From positions 1 through 37,580 of the forward strand of contig SKSS01000101.1 of NCBI GenBank assembly GCA_007122875.1: 37,580 bases of DNA. The letters are read 5' to 3'. Shown one piece after another: positions 26,254 through 35,079 of this stretch; position 1 is the stretch's first letter, and each line of letters starts with the position of its first letter. The position numbers and the translations under genes are program-made. The notes below the pieces were generated by a model. That model was not told where the DNA came from. It worked only from the letters and a program-made list of their open reading frames with translations, and ran no database searches. The stretch is from Salinarchaeum sp. (lineage in GTDB: Archaea > Halobacteriota > Halobacteria > Halobacteriales > QS-1-68-20).

Positions 26254-27912
26254 ATGCGCTCCCGACTCGTCGCGGCCCTGACCGTGGCGCTGCTCGTCGT
26301 CGGGTTCGCCCTGGTCGCCGGGGGCGCGGCGGCCGAGGTCGACGACGAGTACACGCCGATCTCCGAGTGCGCGGCGACCCCGCCCGACAACTTTTCCGAT
26401 CCCGACGATACCGGGATCGGCTGGGTCGACGGGTACTGGTACAACGAATCGATCGACGTCGAGCAGGGTGATACGCTGACCGACGACGATCTCGATGCGG
26501 TCGTCGCCCGATCGATGGCGCGCGTCGAGGCGATTCGGTGTCTCGAGTTCGAGGACGACGTACCGGTCGACGTGATCGACCGCGAGGAGTTCCAGGAAGA
26601 GCAAGCCGGGTTCGAGCCCGATGACGATCTGCGCACGTTCGACAACGCGCGGTACAAGGCACTGTTCATGGTCGGCGACGACGAGGACTCCGTCGAGGTC
26701 ATGCTCGACAACCGCGGCGACGCCGTCGGGGGATACTACGCGCCCGCCGAGAACCGGATCGTACTGGTTTCGGACGATCCCGACGAACTCACAATCGAGG
26801 AGGTCACGCTCGGCCACGAGCTCGGCCACGCCCTCCAGGATCAGCACTTCAATCTGAGTCGGTTCACCGCCGAGACGACCGACGGAAACGCAGCCGAACT
26901 CGGGCTGATCGAAGGCGACGTGGTCCACGTCGAGAACATCTACGCGGAGAACTGCGATGAGGAGTGGGACTGTCTCGAAGAGGACTCCGATCCTCCCGAT
27001 ACCGATGATATCCACATGGGACTGTATCTCACGATGTTCCAGCCGTACAACGACGGCCCGGTCTGGGCTGAAGCGCTTCGTGACCGAGGCGAAGGCGAGT
27101 GGGACGAACTCGACAGCGCGTACGACGCTCCACCGAACACGACCGAGCAGATCATCTATCCCGATCGGTACCTCGACGTCGAACCGCGAAACGTGACGAT
27201 CGACGACCGCAACGATCCCGACGAGTGGGACCGAGTGAGCGTCGACGGCGAGGATGCCCACGACCGATTCGGACAGGCCGCAATCGTCTCGATGTTCGTC
27301 TATCCGACCTATCACAGCGAAGGAACGACCGAGATAATTAGCGCCGAGTCGTGGTTGAATGTCGACGAGGGCGACGATCAGGAGCCAGTACAGCCGCTGG
27401 ACTTCGATCAGCCACAAGGTGATGGGTGGGACGGCGACCGCTTCCACGCCTACGAGAACGACGACGAGATCGGCTACGTCTGGCAGACCGCCTGGGAGTC
27501 CGAGGCCGACGCCAGGGTGTTCGTATCGAGCTACCAGCGGCTCCTCGACTACTGGGGTGGCGAACGGATCGCCGAGAACGACACCACCTACGTCTACGAG
27601 ATTCCGCCTCACGAATCGTTCGCCGGCGTTTACCACGTCGACTTCGACGGCGACGAGGTGCGGATCGTCCACGCACCGTCCGAAGCGGACCTTCCGCTGA
27701 TCTACGAGAACGCAACCGTCGACGACCTCGACGACGTCGGCGACGATCCGACGCCGATCGCCACGCCGACGCCGGTCGGTACGCCGACGCCGACCAACGA
27801 CACCGGGGGCGTGGCCGATGGCGTCGCCGACGAAACCGTCCCCGGATTCGGTCTGGTTGCCGTCGCGCTCGTCGCCGTCGCCGGCATGCTGGCCGCGGTC
27901 CGCCGCCGGTGA
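26254..27912 (+). CDS. Surface zincin-like protein (Hvo_1808-like family) with PGF-CTERM anchor
   Basis: Sec signal; HELGHALQDQHF plus downstream EGD; Thr/Pro linker; VPGFG-TM-RRR C-terminus. Confidence 0.88.
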   Translation: MRSRLVAALTVALLVVGFALVAGGAAAEVDDEYTPISECAATPPDNFSDPDDTGIGWVDGYWYNESIDVEQGDTLTDDDLDAVVARSMARVEAIRCLEFEDDVPVDVIDREEFQEEQAGFEPDDDLRTFDNARYKALFMVGDDEDSVEVMLDNRGDAVGGYYAPAENRIVLVSDDPDELTIEEVTLGHELGHALQDQHFNLSRFTAETTDGNAAELGLIEGDVVHVENIYAENCDEEWDCLEEDSDPPDTDDIHMGLYLTMFQPYNDGPVWAEALRDRGEGEWDELDSAYDAPPNTTEQIIYPDRYLDVEPRNVTIDDRNDPDEWDRVSVDGEDAHDRFGQAAIVSMFVYPTYHSEGTTEIISAESWLNVDEGDDQEPVQPLDFDQPQGDGWDGDRFHAYENDDEIGYVWQTAWESEADARVFVSSYQRLLDYWGGERIAENDTTYVYEIPPHESFAGVYHVDFDGDEVRIVHAPSEADLPLIYENATVDDLDDVGDDPTPIATPTPVGTPTPTNDTGGVADGVADETVPGFGLVAVALVAVAGMLAAVRRR

Positions 27913-27915
27913 CCC

Positions 27916-29391
27916 ATGGGGCTACGGAATCACCCCGGTCCGGTGATCGCGCTCGCAGTCGTCGCGACGATGCTCCTCGTCGGATGTACGGCTCCAACGG
28001 CCCCGGTCGACGATGGGTCGCTCCAGAGCGATGGACTCGGCACCGTCGACGGCGTCGCCTACGACGACGAACTCGACGTGAACGCCAGCACGGGGCTCAC
28101 CGACGAGGAACTCGACCTCGTCGTCGCACGGACGATGGCCCGCGTCGAGGTGCTCCGCGGACTCGAGTTCGAACGACGGGTTCCGGTTGAGGTGATCGAC
28201 CGAGCGGAGTTTCAGGAGCGTCGGGCGAACGGCGGCGAACCCAACGCCACCGAGGCCGCCTACGAGAATCAGGTGTGGGAAGCGCTGTTGATCGTCGACG
28301 AGGAGACGGACGCCGACGACGCGTTCCAGACCCTCTATGGTTCGGCGGTCGCGGGGTACTACACCACGGCCGACGACGGGAAGATCGTCCTCGTCAGCGA
28401 CGAGGAGCGACCGGTCGTCCACGAGGATACGCTCGTCCACGAACTCATCCACGCCCTCCAGGATCAGCACTTCGGACTCGGTCCACGTGGCACGGTCCTC
28501 GACGAGCAGCTCGCACGTAACGGCCTGCTCGAAGGGGACGCTGATTACGTCCCACAGCGGTACGAAGAGCGGTGTGCCTCCGGCGAGTGGCAGTGTCTCG
28601 ATACGCCGCCGCGGACCGCAACTGACCGCCCCGACGACTTCAACGAGGCGCTGTTTCTGACGATCTATCAGCCGTACAGCGACGGTCCGGCGTTCGTCGG
28701 CGATCTGTACGACCGGACGGACGATTGGTCGGTCGTGAACGCGGCGTACGACGATCGACCGGAGAGTGCGACGCAGATCATCCATCCCGATCGCTATCAC
28801 GACGACGGGCCGCGCAACGTGTCGGTTCCGGATCGATCCGACGATGGCTGGGAGCGCTTCGAGGATCGGCCGAACGACCGCCCCGAAAAGGAGCGAGTCG
28901 GCGAGGCGGCACTCGTGGCGACCTTCTACGCACAGGGAGAACTCGATCGATCGGACCTCGTCACGGACGACCCACGCTCGGTGTACGACTACGACCAGAA
29001 CGTCACCCGCGGCTGGGATGGCGACGCACTCGTCCCCTACCGGAGCGAAGATGGCGAGACCGGCCACGTGTTCGTCACCGCCTGGCGATCGACCGAGGAC
29101 GCCGACACGTTCGCCGAGGCCTACGAGCGAACGCTCGAGCGGATGGACGCCGAGCACCGCGACGACGTCCACGTCGTCCCCGAAAACCGATCGTTCAGCG
29201 GCGCGTATCGCGTCACGGTTGACGACGACGAGGTGACGATCGTCCACGCGCCCGACCGGGACGCACTCGACGGGATTCATCCGGTCGAGAGCGAAGACTC
29301 GCTCGACACCGTGACGATAGCCGATCCCGACTTTCGCGCTCCGGCAGCCGGCCTCGAAGCACCGACCACCATTCCGGCGACCACTGGGTAG
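27916..29391 (+). CDS. Surface zincin-like lipoprotein (Hvo_1808-like family paralog)
   Basis: LLVGC lipobox; VARTMARVE, HELIHALQDQHF, EGDA, YQPYSDGP shared with the upstream paralog. Confidence 0.88.
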   Translation: MGLRNHPGPVIALAVVATMLLVGCTAPTAPVDDGSLQSDGLGTVDGVAYDDELDVNASTGLTDEELDLVVARTMARVEVLRGLEFERRVPVEVIDRAEFQERRANGGEPNATEAAYENQVWEALLIVDEETDADDAFQTLYGSAVAGYYTTADDGKIVLVSDEERPVVHEDTLVHELIHALQDQHFGLGPRGTVLDEQLARNGLLEGDADYVPQRYEERCASGEWQCLDTPPRTATDRPDDFNEALFLTIYQPYSDGPAFVGDLYDRTDDWSVVNAAYDDRPESATQIIHPDRYHDDGPRNVSVPDRSDDGWERFEDRPNDRPEKERVGEAALVATFYAQGELDRSDLVTDDPRSVYDYDQNVTRGWDGDALVPYRSEDGETGHVFVTAWRSTEDADTFAEAYERTLERMDAEHRDDVHVVPENRSFSGAYRVTVDDDEVTIVHAPDRDALDGIHPVESEDSLDTVTIADPDFRAPAAGLEAPTTIPATTG

Positions 29392-29455
29392 CGTCACCGA
29401 CGCCCCTCCCGGCGAACACCGCGTAGCTTTTTCGCCCAGGTGACGAATTTCCGGT

Positions 29456-30607
29456 ATGGACGACGGATTCGACGTGATCACCCCGGAGGCGATCCGTGAC
29501 GGCACCGCGACCGACGCGTACTTCGAGCGGACCGAGACCGCACTGTCGGCGGCCGGCCGGAATCCGCGAGTCGTCGCCGAAGTGACCGCCGACCAGTTTC
29601 CGACCGGCTCGTTCGACCTCCTTGCCGGCGTGGCCGACGCCGCCCACCTGCTCGACGGCCTCCCGGTTGACGTGGATGCGATTCCGGAGGGGCGGCTGTT
29701 CGACGGCGGCCCAGTCATGCGGATCGAGGGACGGTATCTCGACTTCGCTCGATACGAAACGTCGCTGCTCGGCGTTCTATCACAGGCGTCCGGCTTCGCC
29801 ACCCGAGCGCTGGACGCGCGGCTCGCGGCTCCCGACTCGCAGGTGTTGAGCTTCGGCGCGCGTCACGTCCATCCCTCGATTGCGGCCGTCGTCGAGCGCA
29901 GCGCCCTCCGCGCCGGGTTCGACGGCATCTCACACGTCGCCGCGGGCGAACTCCTGGATAGGGAGGCGAGCGGAACGATGCCGCACTCGCTGGTGATCTG
30001 TTTCGGTCGCGGCGAGCAGGAGGCCGCCTGGCGGGCGTTTCACGACGGGGTCGATCCCGACGTGCCCCGGATCGCGCTCTGTGATACGTACGCCGACGAG
30101 GTCGAGGAGACCCTGCGTGCAGTCGAGGAACTCGGTGACGACCTCGACGGCGTTCGCCTCGATACCACCGGGTCGCGCCGGGGGGATTTCGAGCACATCG
30201 TCCGCGAGGTCCGCTGGGAACTCGACGCCCGCGGCTACGACGAGCTGTCGATCTTCCTCAGCGGCGGGATCGATCCCGACACCATGCGTCGACTTCGCCA
30301 CCTCGCGGATGGGTTCGGCGTCGGCGGCTACGTCACGAACGCCGATCCCGTGGAGTTCGCGCTGGACATCGTGGCCGTTGAGGGTGAGCCGGCGGCCAAG
30401 CGCGGAAAACTCTCGGGACCGAAAGAGGCGTACCGGACGCCGGACGGCGGCCACCACGTCGGCCTGGCGAGCCGTTCCGGGCCCGACGACGGCGAGTCAC
30501 TACTGGAACCGCTCGTCCGTGACGGCGAGGTCGTCCGGGAGTTCGACCTCGACGAGGCGGCTGAACGGGCGTTGGAGGACGCAAAACGGGTTGGGTTCGG
30601 CGAGTGA
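29456..30607 (+). CDS. pncB: Nicotinate phosphoribosyltransferase
   Basis: TATDAYF, SFGARHVHP, SGTMPHS, DTY, GVRLDT, SGGID, AKRGKLSG. Confidence 0.93.
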   Translation: MDDGFDVITPEAIRDGTATDAYFERTETALSAAGRNPRVVAEVTADQFPTGSFDLLAGVADAAHLLDGLPVDVDAIPEGRLFDGGPVMRIEGRYLDFARYETSLLGVLSQASGFATRALDARLAAPDSQVLSFGARHVHPSIAAVVERSALRAGFDGISHVAAGELLDREASGTMPHSLVICFGRGEQEAAWRAFHDGVDPDVPRIALCDTYADEVEETLRAVEELGDDLDGVRLDTTGSRRGDFEHIVREVRWELDARGYDELSIFLSGGIDPDTMRRLRHLADGFGVGGYVTNADPVEFALDIVAVEGEPAAKRGKLSGPKEAYRTPDGGHHVGLASRSGPDDGESLLEPLVRDGEVVREFDLDEAAERALEDAKRVGFGE

Positions 30608-30679
30608 CAGGAATATCCGTTTCGGAATATGACGGGAATATCCGTTTCGGAATATGACGGGAATATCCGTTTCGGAATA
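30605..30679. repeat. Three tandem 25-bp repeats with internal dyad
   Basis: TGAC(A/G)GGAATATCCGTTTCGGAATA at 30605, 30630 and 30655; no spacers. Confidence 0.95.
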
Positions 30680-30708
30680 GCAATACGACACACACGAGAA
30701 CGACTGGT

Positions 30709-30975
30709 ATGCAATCGATCACCGTCCTCGAAGGGTGGCGCTATGCGCTTTCGCTGCTTCGCTACCTCATCGAGGCGATCATCCCCGGTGTTGTCGTGTA
30801 CGTGATCGCCGGTGCGATCGTCGAGTTGGGCGGGCCGCAGTGGGTCGGGTCGCTCCTCGGGGTCGTCGCGATCGTACTGATCCTCCTCGGCGTACTCGCG
30901 ACCGTGTACAAACTCGTCGTGGACGGGACTGCCCGCGCCTTGGAGGGGCGGGCCGAGCGCTCAAACGCCGACTGA
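30709..30975 (+). CDS. Small membrane protein
   Basis: 88 aa with two long hydrophobic segments; EGWRYAL..YKLVVDG pattern. Confidence 0.75.
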   Translation: MQSITVLEGWRYALSLLRYLIEAIIPGVVVYVIAGAIVELGGPQWVGSLLGVVAIVLILLGVLATVYKLVVDGTARALEGRAERSNAD

Positions 30976-31067
30976 GCGACTGGCGTGGGGCGAATCGATC
31001 ACAGGTGCAGGATTGATGCCGGACATCGTCACCGACGTTTTTGTTCCTCAGCGGTGTTGTCCCGCGT

Positions 31068-31385
31068 ATGTCCTACGAAACGGTGAACTACGACGACGTC
31101 GAGCCGGTTGCGAACGGAATGCACTTCCTCCGCGATCCGCTCGGCTGTGAGCAACTCGGCGTGACGGTCGTCGATCTCGACGGTGACTGGACGGGCAAAG
31201 AACACGATCACGCTGACGATGGACAGGAAGAAGTGTACGTGCTGATCGAGGGCGAGGCGACGATCGAGGTCGAAGACGAGGCGATCGAGCTGTCGCCAGG
31301 GGATGCGGTCAGGGTCGACCCGGACGCGACTCGGACGCTCTCGACGGATACGGGTGGGCGACTCGTGATCGCGGGCGCGAGCTAG
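31068..31385 (+). CDS. Cupin domain protein
   Basis: EHDHADDGQEEVYVLIEG, L.PGDAVRVDP. Confidence 0.88.
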   Translation: MSYETVNYDDVEPVANGMHFLRDPLGCEQLGVTVVDLDGDWTGKEHDHADDGQEEVYVLIEGEATIEVEDEAIELSPGDAVRVDPDATRTLSTDTGGRLVIAGAS

Positions 31386-31988
31386 TCAAAGGGACTCGAC
31401 GCTTCCGTTCGGTTCGCGCTCCCGGAAGACGCGTCCCTCGAAGAGCGTCGTCAGTGCGTCCTCACGTTGCCACGTCGTCGGTGAAAGGTTCGAGACACGA
31501 CACGTTCGGTCAAGACACTGCTCGGGCGTCCAGCCGTGCTCTTCGGGGACGGTCGGCCAGAGCCACCCGCCATCGCTTCCGTACTCGACGGCCACACCGT
31601 GGGTTCCGATCTGCATGTCGGCGACGGGATCGTCCGTCAAGATGAGGTCGCCCACGACACAGACCGAGACACGGAGGTTCGGTAGCTCGGCCGCCGAGAC
31701 TTCCGACCCACAGGAGTCCTCGCTGGCGGCCTCGATCGCCGCGTCGACGATGGCGTGACCGAGTTGCTCGCTTCCGCGGTAGGCTCCAGCACAGCCTCGG
31801 AGCCGTCCGGGACCACGGGTCGATTCGAGACGCACCAGCGCCCCGGTGCGTTCGTAGAACGCTTCGCGCATGCTTCCAAGCTGTGGTCGCCGGCCGGACT
31901 CCACGAACGACGTGACGGCCTCCCGTGCGATCTCGACGGCACGGGTCCCGTCTTCGATGGTCAGGGGAACGGTCTCGGCCTCAGACAT
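31386..31988 (-). CDS. AMMECR1 domain protein (TIGR00296-like)
   Basis: AVEIAREAV, RLRGCAG, AAIEAA.ED, IGTHGV, WLWPTVP.EHGW, FEGRVFRE. Confidence 0.9.
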   Translation of the reverse strand: MSEAETVPLTIEDGTRAVEIAREAVTSFVESGRRPQLGSMREAFYERTGALVRLESTRGPGRLRGCAGAYRGSEQLGHAIVDAAIEAASEDSCGSEVSAAELPNLRVSVCVVGDLILTDDPVADMQIGTHGVAVEYGSDGGWLWPTVPEEHGWTPEQCLDRTCRVSNLSPTTWQREDALTTLFEGRVFREREPNGSVESL

Positions 31989-32173
31989 GGGATAGTACTC
32001 GGGGCTTAACCACCTTCAAGCCTTCCCTTGCGGCGTCGGTCGGTGGTTTCTCGAACGTTACTGGTATGTACACTGCAACAGCCGCTCCCGGTCGCGCTCT
32101 CGACGACCGGTGGCGACGACCCGGCGATGCGGACACCGAACGCCTTAACCCGGCGGATAGCATACGTTCTGGT

Positions 32174-32559
32174 GGCAGAGGGAGCCCGACTCCCGTGGGC
32201 GAGGCCGCCCACGAGGAAAGTCCCCCCACCGTCCGGGCGGGTGACCGGGTGCAAGCCCGGGGCGGGAGACCGTCGGCACTCGAACAGAGACGAGACCACT
32301 CCGCTCGACCGATGAGGTGTGCGAACCCGTCTGCGACCAAGGATGGCCCCAGGGCCGCCCGAGAAAGCGACGGGGAGTGAACCCACCGAGGAACGACGGG
32401 GCGGCGACAGCCGCCGGTCGCACGTCGTGTGGCTCGGAGAACGGATGGAACGGCGAACCCTCGCCGGTGCAAGTCCGCACCGCTTGGTAGCCCGGACACG
32501 GGTGCGGACGCTCAGCCGAATGTCGGGTCGAAACAGAAGGGGGCTTACTCCCCTCAGCC
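32174..32559 (+). ncRNA. rnpB: Archaeal RNase P RNA (type A)
   Basis: GAGGAAAGTCC (CR-I), AACAGA..CGA, GGATGGAACGGC.AACCC, GGTGCAAG, AACAGAAGGGGGCTTA (CR-V); 5' GGCAGAGGGAG pairs with 3' CTCCCCTCAGCC; CTTAAC TATA about 27 nt upstream. Confidence 0.97.
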
Positions 32560-32653
32560 GTCTTGTACGACGACGAGCGAACGCGATCGGCGTCGCCGCA
32601 TCTAACGGACGATGAACGACCGAATCATGGGTTTTGTTAACCTAACTCCGGTT

Positions 32654-32686
32654 CAGTACTAGAACTTATGGACGGGTGTACTACTG
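32654..32686 (+). promoter_or_regulatory. Imperfect inverted repeat flanking a TATA-like element upstream of cadA
   Basis: CAGTACTA (32654) ... TACTACTG (32679) around CTTATG. Confidence 0.4.
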
Positions 32687-32729
32687 TTGGCAGGAGTGTT
32701 CATAGCCAGTCACCACCTAGTCTGACGCG

Positions 32730-34997
32730 ATGAGCGACGCTCTCCGAGCGGTTCGTCTTCGAGTTCCGGGGATGGACTGTCCGTCCTGTGCCGGGACAAT
32801 CGAGCGGCGGCTCCGAGCCCTCGACGGCGTCGAATCGATCGAGACGCAGGTGACGGCGGGAACCGTCGTCGTCCGCTACGATCCGAGTCGAGCCGACGAG
32901 GACGCGCTCCACACCGCGATCGAGGACGCTGGTTACGAAGTTGCCGCCGAGGAGGACGACGAACCGCCACCGCCCCAGGCCGTCTGGACGAGTCCGAGAG
33001 CGGTCACGACCGCCGTCGGTGGAATCGTGCTGAGCGTCGGTCTCCTCCTCCACTTCGTCGTCCCGAACGCAGACCCCACGGTCTTCGAACTCCTGGGGCG
33101 GGAGTACTTCGCATCCCACCTCCTGTTCGTGGCGAGCGCGGCGCTCGCCGGAACACCGATCCTCCGGAGCGGCGTTCGGTCGGCACGTGCGCGGAATCTG
33201 AACATCGACGTGCTGATGAGCGTCGGAATCGTGGCCTCCGTGGCCGCTCACCACCCGTTCGAGGGGGCGCTGCTCGCGGTGCTGTTCTCGATCGCCGAAC
33301 TCCTCGAACGCTTCTCGATGGATCGCGCCCGCGACTCCATTCGCCGGCTCATGGAACTCTCACCGGAGACCGCGACCGTCGTTCGGGACCCGTCGGCATC
33401 CGGGTCCGAACCGCACTCGGCCCAGCATGAGGAGACCGTCCCCGTGAGCGAAGTCGTCCTCGGGGACCTGCTCGCGGTTCGGCCGGGTGAGAAGGTGCCG
33501 GTCGACGGCCTCGTTCGCACGGGATCGAGTCCGGTGGATCAGGCCCCGATCACCGGCGAGAGCGTCCCCGTCGAGAAGGCTCCGGGGGACGAGGTGTACG
33601 CGGGAACGATCGTCGAGGGGGGCTATCTCGAGATCGAGGCGACGAGCACGGCGGACGACAGCACGCTCGCGCGCATCGTCGACCTCGTGACGGACGCCGA
33701 ACGCGAGCGGACCGAACGCGAGCAGTTCATCGACCGGTTCGCCGCGGTGTACACGCCGGTCGTGATGGTCGCGGCGATCGCGCTCGCTGTCATCCCCCCG
33801 ATCGCGTTCGGCTGGTCCTGGGACACCTGGTTTCTGCGCGGGCTTACATTGCTGGTGATCGCCTGTCCCTGTGCGCTCGTGATCAGCACGCCCGTATCGG
33901 TGGTCTCAGGCATCACGAGCGCCGCCAGAAACGGCGTGTTGATCAAGGGTGGCCGGCACTTGGAAGCGATGGCCGCGGTCGACGCCGTCGCGATCGACAA
34001 GACCGGAACCCTCACGGCCGGGAATCTCACGGTCACGGACGTGGTAGCGCTCTCGGCCGACGACGAACGATCCGTCCTCTCGGTCGCGGCCACGCTCGAA
34101 CGGCGCAGCGAACACCCGATCGCCGACGCCGTCGTCGCGTACGCTCGGGAACGGGGCGTCGAGGCTGACGACGCCGCGGCGTTCGAAGCGCTGACCGGAC
34201 GCGGCGTCCGCGCCGAGGTCGACGGTGTTGCACACTACGCCGGAACGCCCACGCTGTTCGAGCGGCTCGGATTCGACCTCCGACGGACCAGAGTCAGAAC
34301 CGACGGCGGGCTCTGCCAACTCCCCCCGGAACGCTGTGAACGCGACTGTGAGAGCCTTCTCGAAACCGTGCTTCCCGAGTTCGAGCGCGCCGGGAAGACC
34401 ATCATGCTCGTCGGAACCGACGACGAACTGCTCGGCGTGATCGCCGTCGCCGACGAGGTTCGCCCGGAAGCCGCGTCCGCGGTCGCCGCGCTCCAGGCAG
34501 CCGACGTTCCGGTGACGATGCTGACCGGCGACAACGAGGGGACGGCGCGGACGGTCGCCGCGGCAGTCGGCGTCGAGGAGTACCACGCCGAACTGCTTCC
34601 CGAGGACAAACTCGACGCGATCCGCGATCTCGAAGCTCGATACGGAACGGTGGCGATGGTCGGCGACGGGGTCAACGACGCCCCCGCGCTGGCCACCGCA
34701 ACGGTTGGCGTGGCGATGGGGGCTGCGGGCACCGACGCAGCGATCGAGACCGCCGACGTGGCGCTGCTGGGCGACGACCTCTCGCGGCTGCCGTACCTGG
34801 TTCGGCTCGCTCGTCGTGCCAACGGGGTCATCCGTCAGAACGTCGGGGGAAGTCTCGCGGTGAAAGCCGCCCTCGCGGCCGGTGCCCCGTTCGGCGTGGT
34901 GACGGTGATCCACGCCGTCGTGATCGGCGATATGGGCATGAGCCTCGCGGTGACGGGCAACGCGATGCGGCTCTCGGGAGTCGATCCGGAGGAGTGA
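32730..34997 (+). CDS. cadA: Heavy-metal P1B-type ATPase (CadA/ZntA-like)
   Basis: GMDCPSC HMA domain, TGES, CPC, DKTGT, SEHP, GDGVNDAP. Confidence 0.93.
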   Translation: MSDALRAVRLRVPGMDCPSCAGTIERRLRALDGVESIETQVTAGTVVVRYDPSRADEDALHTAIEDAGYEVAAEEDDEPPPPQAVWTSPRAVTTAVGGIVLSVGLLLHFVVPNADPTVFELLGREYFASHLLFVASAALAGTPILRSGVRSARARNLNIDVLMSVGIVASVAAHHPFEGALLAVLFSIAELLERFSMDRARDSIRRLMELSPETATVVRDPSASGSEPHSAQHEETVPVSEVVLGDLLAVRPGEKVPVDGLVRTGSSPVDQAPITGESVPVEKAPGDEVYAGTIVEGGYLEIEATSTADDSTLARIVDLVTDAERERTEREQFIDRFAAVYTPVVMVAAIALAVIPPIAFGWSWDTWFLRGLTLLVIACPCALVISTPVSVVSGITSAARNGVLIKGGRHLEAMAAVDAVAIDKTGTLTAGNLTVTDVVALSADDERSVLSVAATLERRSEHPIADAVVAYARERGVEADDAAAFEALTGRGVRAEVDGVAHYAGTPTLFERLGFDLRRTRVRTDGGLCQLPPERCERDCESLLETVLPEFERAGKTIMLVGTDDELLGVIAVADEVRPEAASAVAALQAADVPVTMLTGDNEGTARTVAAAVGVEEYHAELLPEDKLDAIRDLEARYGTVAMVGDGVNDAPALATATVGVAMGAAGTDAAIETADVALLGDDLSRLPYLVRLARRANGVIRQNVGGSLAVKAALAAGAPFGVVTVIHAVVIGDMGMSLAVTGNAMRLSGVDPEE

Positions 34998-35079
34998 ACG
35001 GCCGCGTCGGTGGTTCACGCGAGGAGACTCGAAAGCGCGCCGAGAGCGAACGATCCCCTCACGGTTCCGAGACGGCCGA

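Noticed and set aside
25591-27672. 693-aa minus-strand ORF as one fused protein
   Set aside because: Only the last 191 codons (from 26166) are the hydrolase; the rest is the antisense shadow of the 26254..27912 gene.
27922-29802. Long antisense or alternate-frame ORFs (also 4396..5880, 8572..10335, 19528..21204, 33906..35090)
   Set aside because: These are typical stop-poor shadow frames of high-GC coding DNA; they lack motifs and overlap well-supported genes.
30605-30679. Possible mini CRISPR array
   Set aside because: Repeats are directly adjacent with no unique spacers, and there are no cas genes in the window.
32088-32110. Hairpin CCGGTCG/CGACCGG upstream of rnpB as a separate ncRNA
   Set aside because: A short GC-rich stem is expected by chance at this composition, and no other support was found.
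31981-32615. ORFs overlapping the rnpB region
   Set aside because: The region is explained by RNase P RNA conserved motifs; the translations are not haloarchaeal-like proteins.
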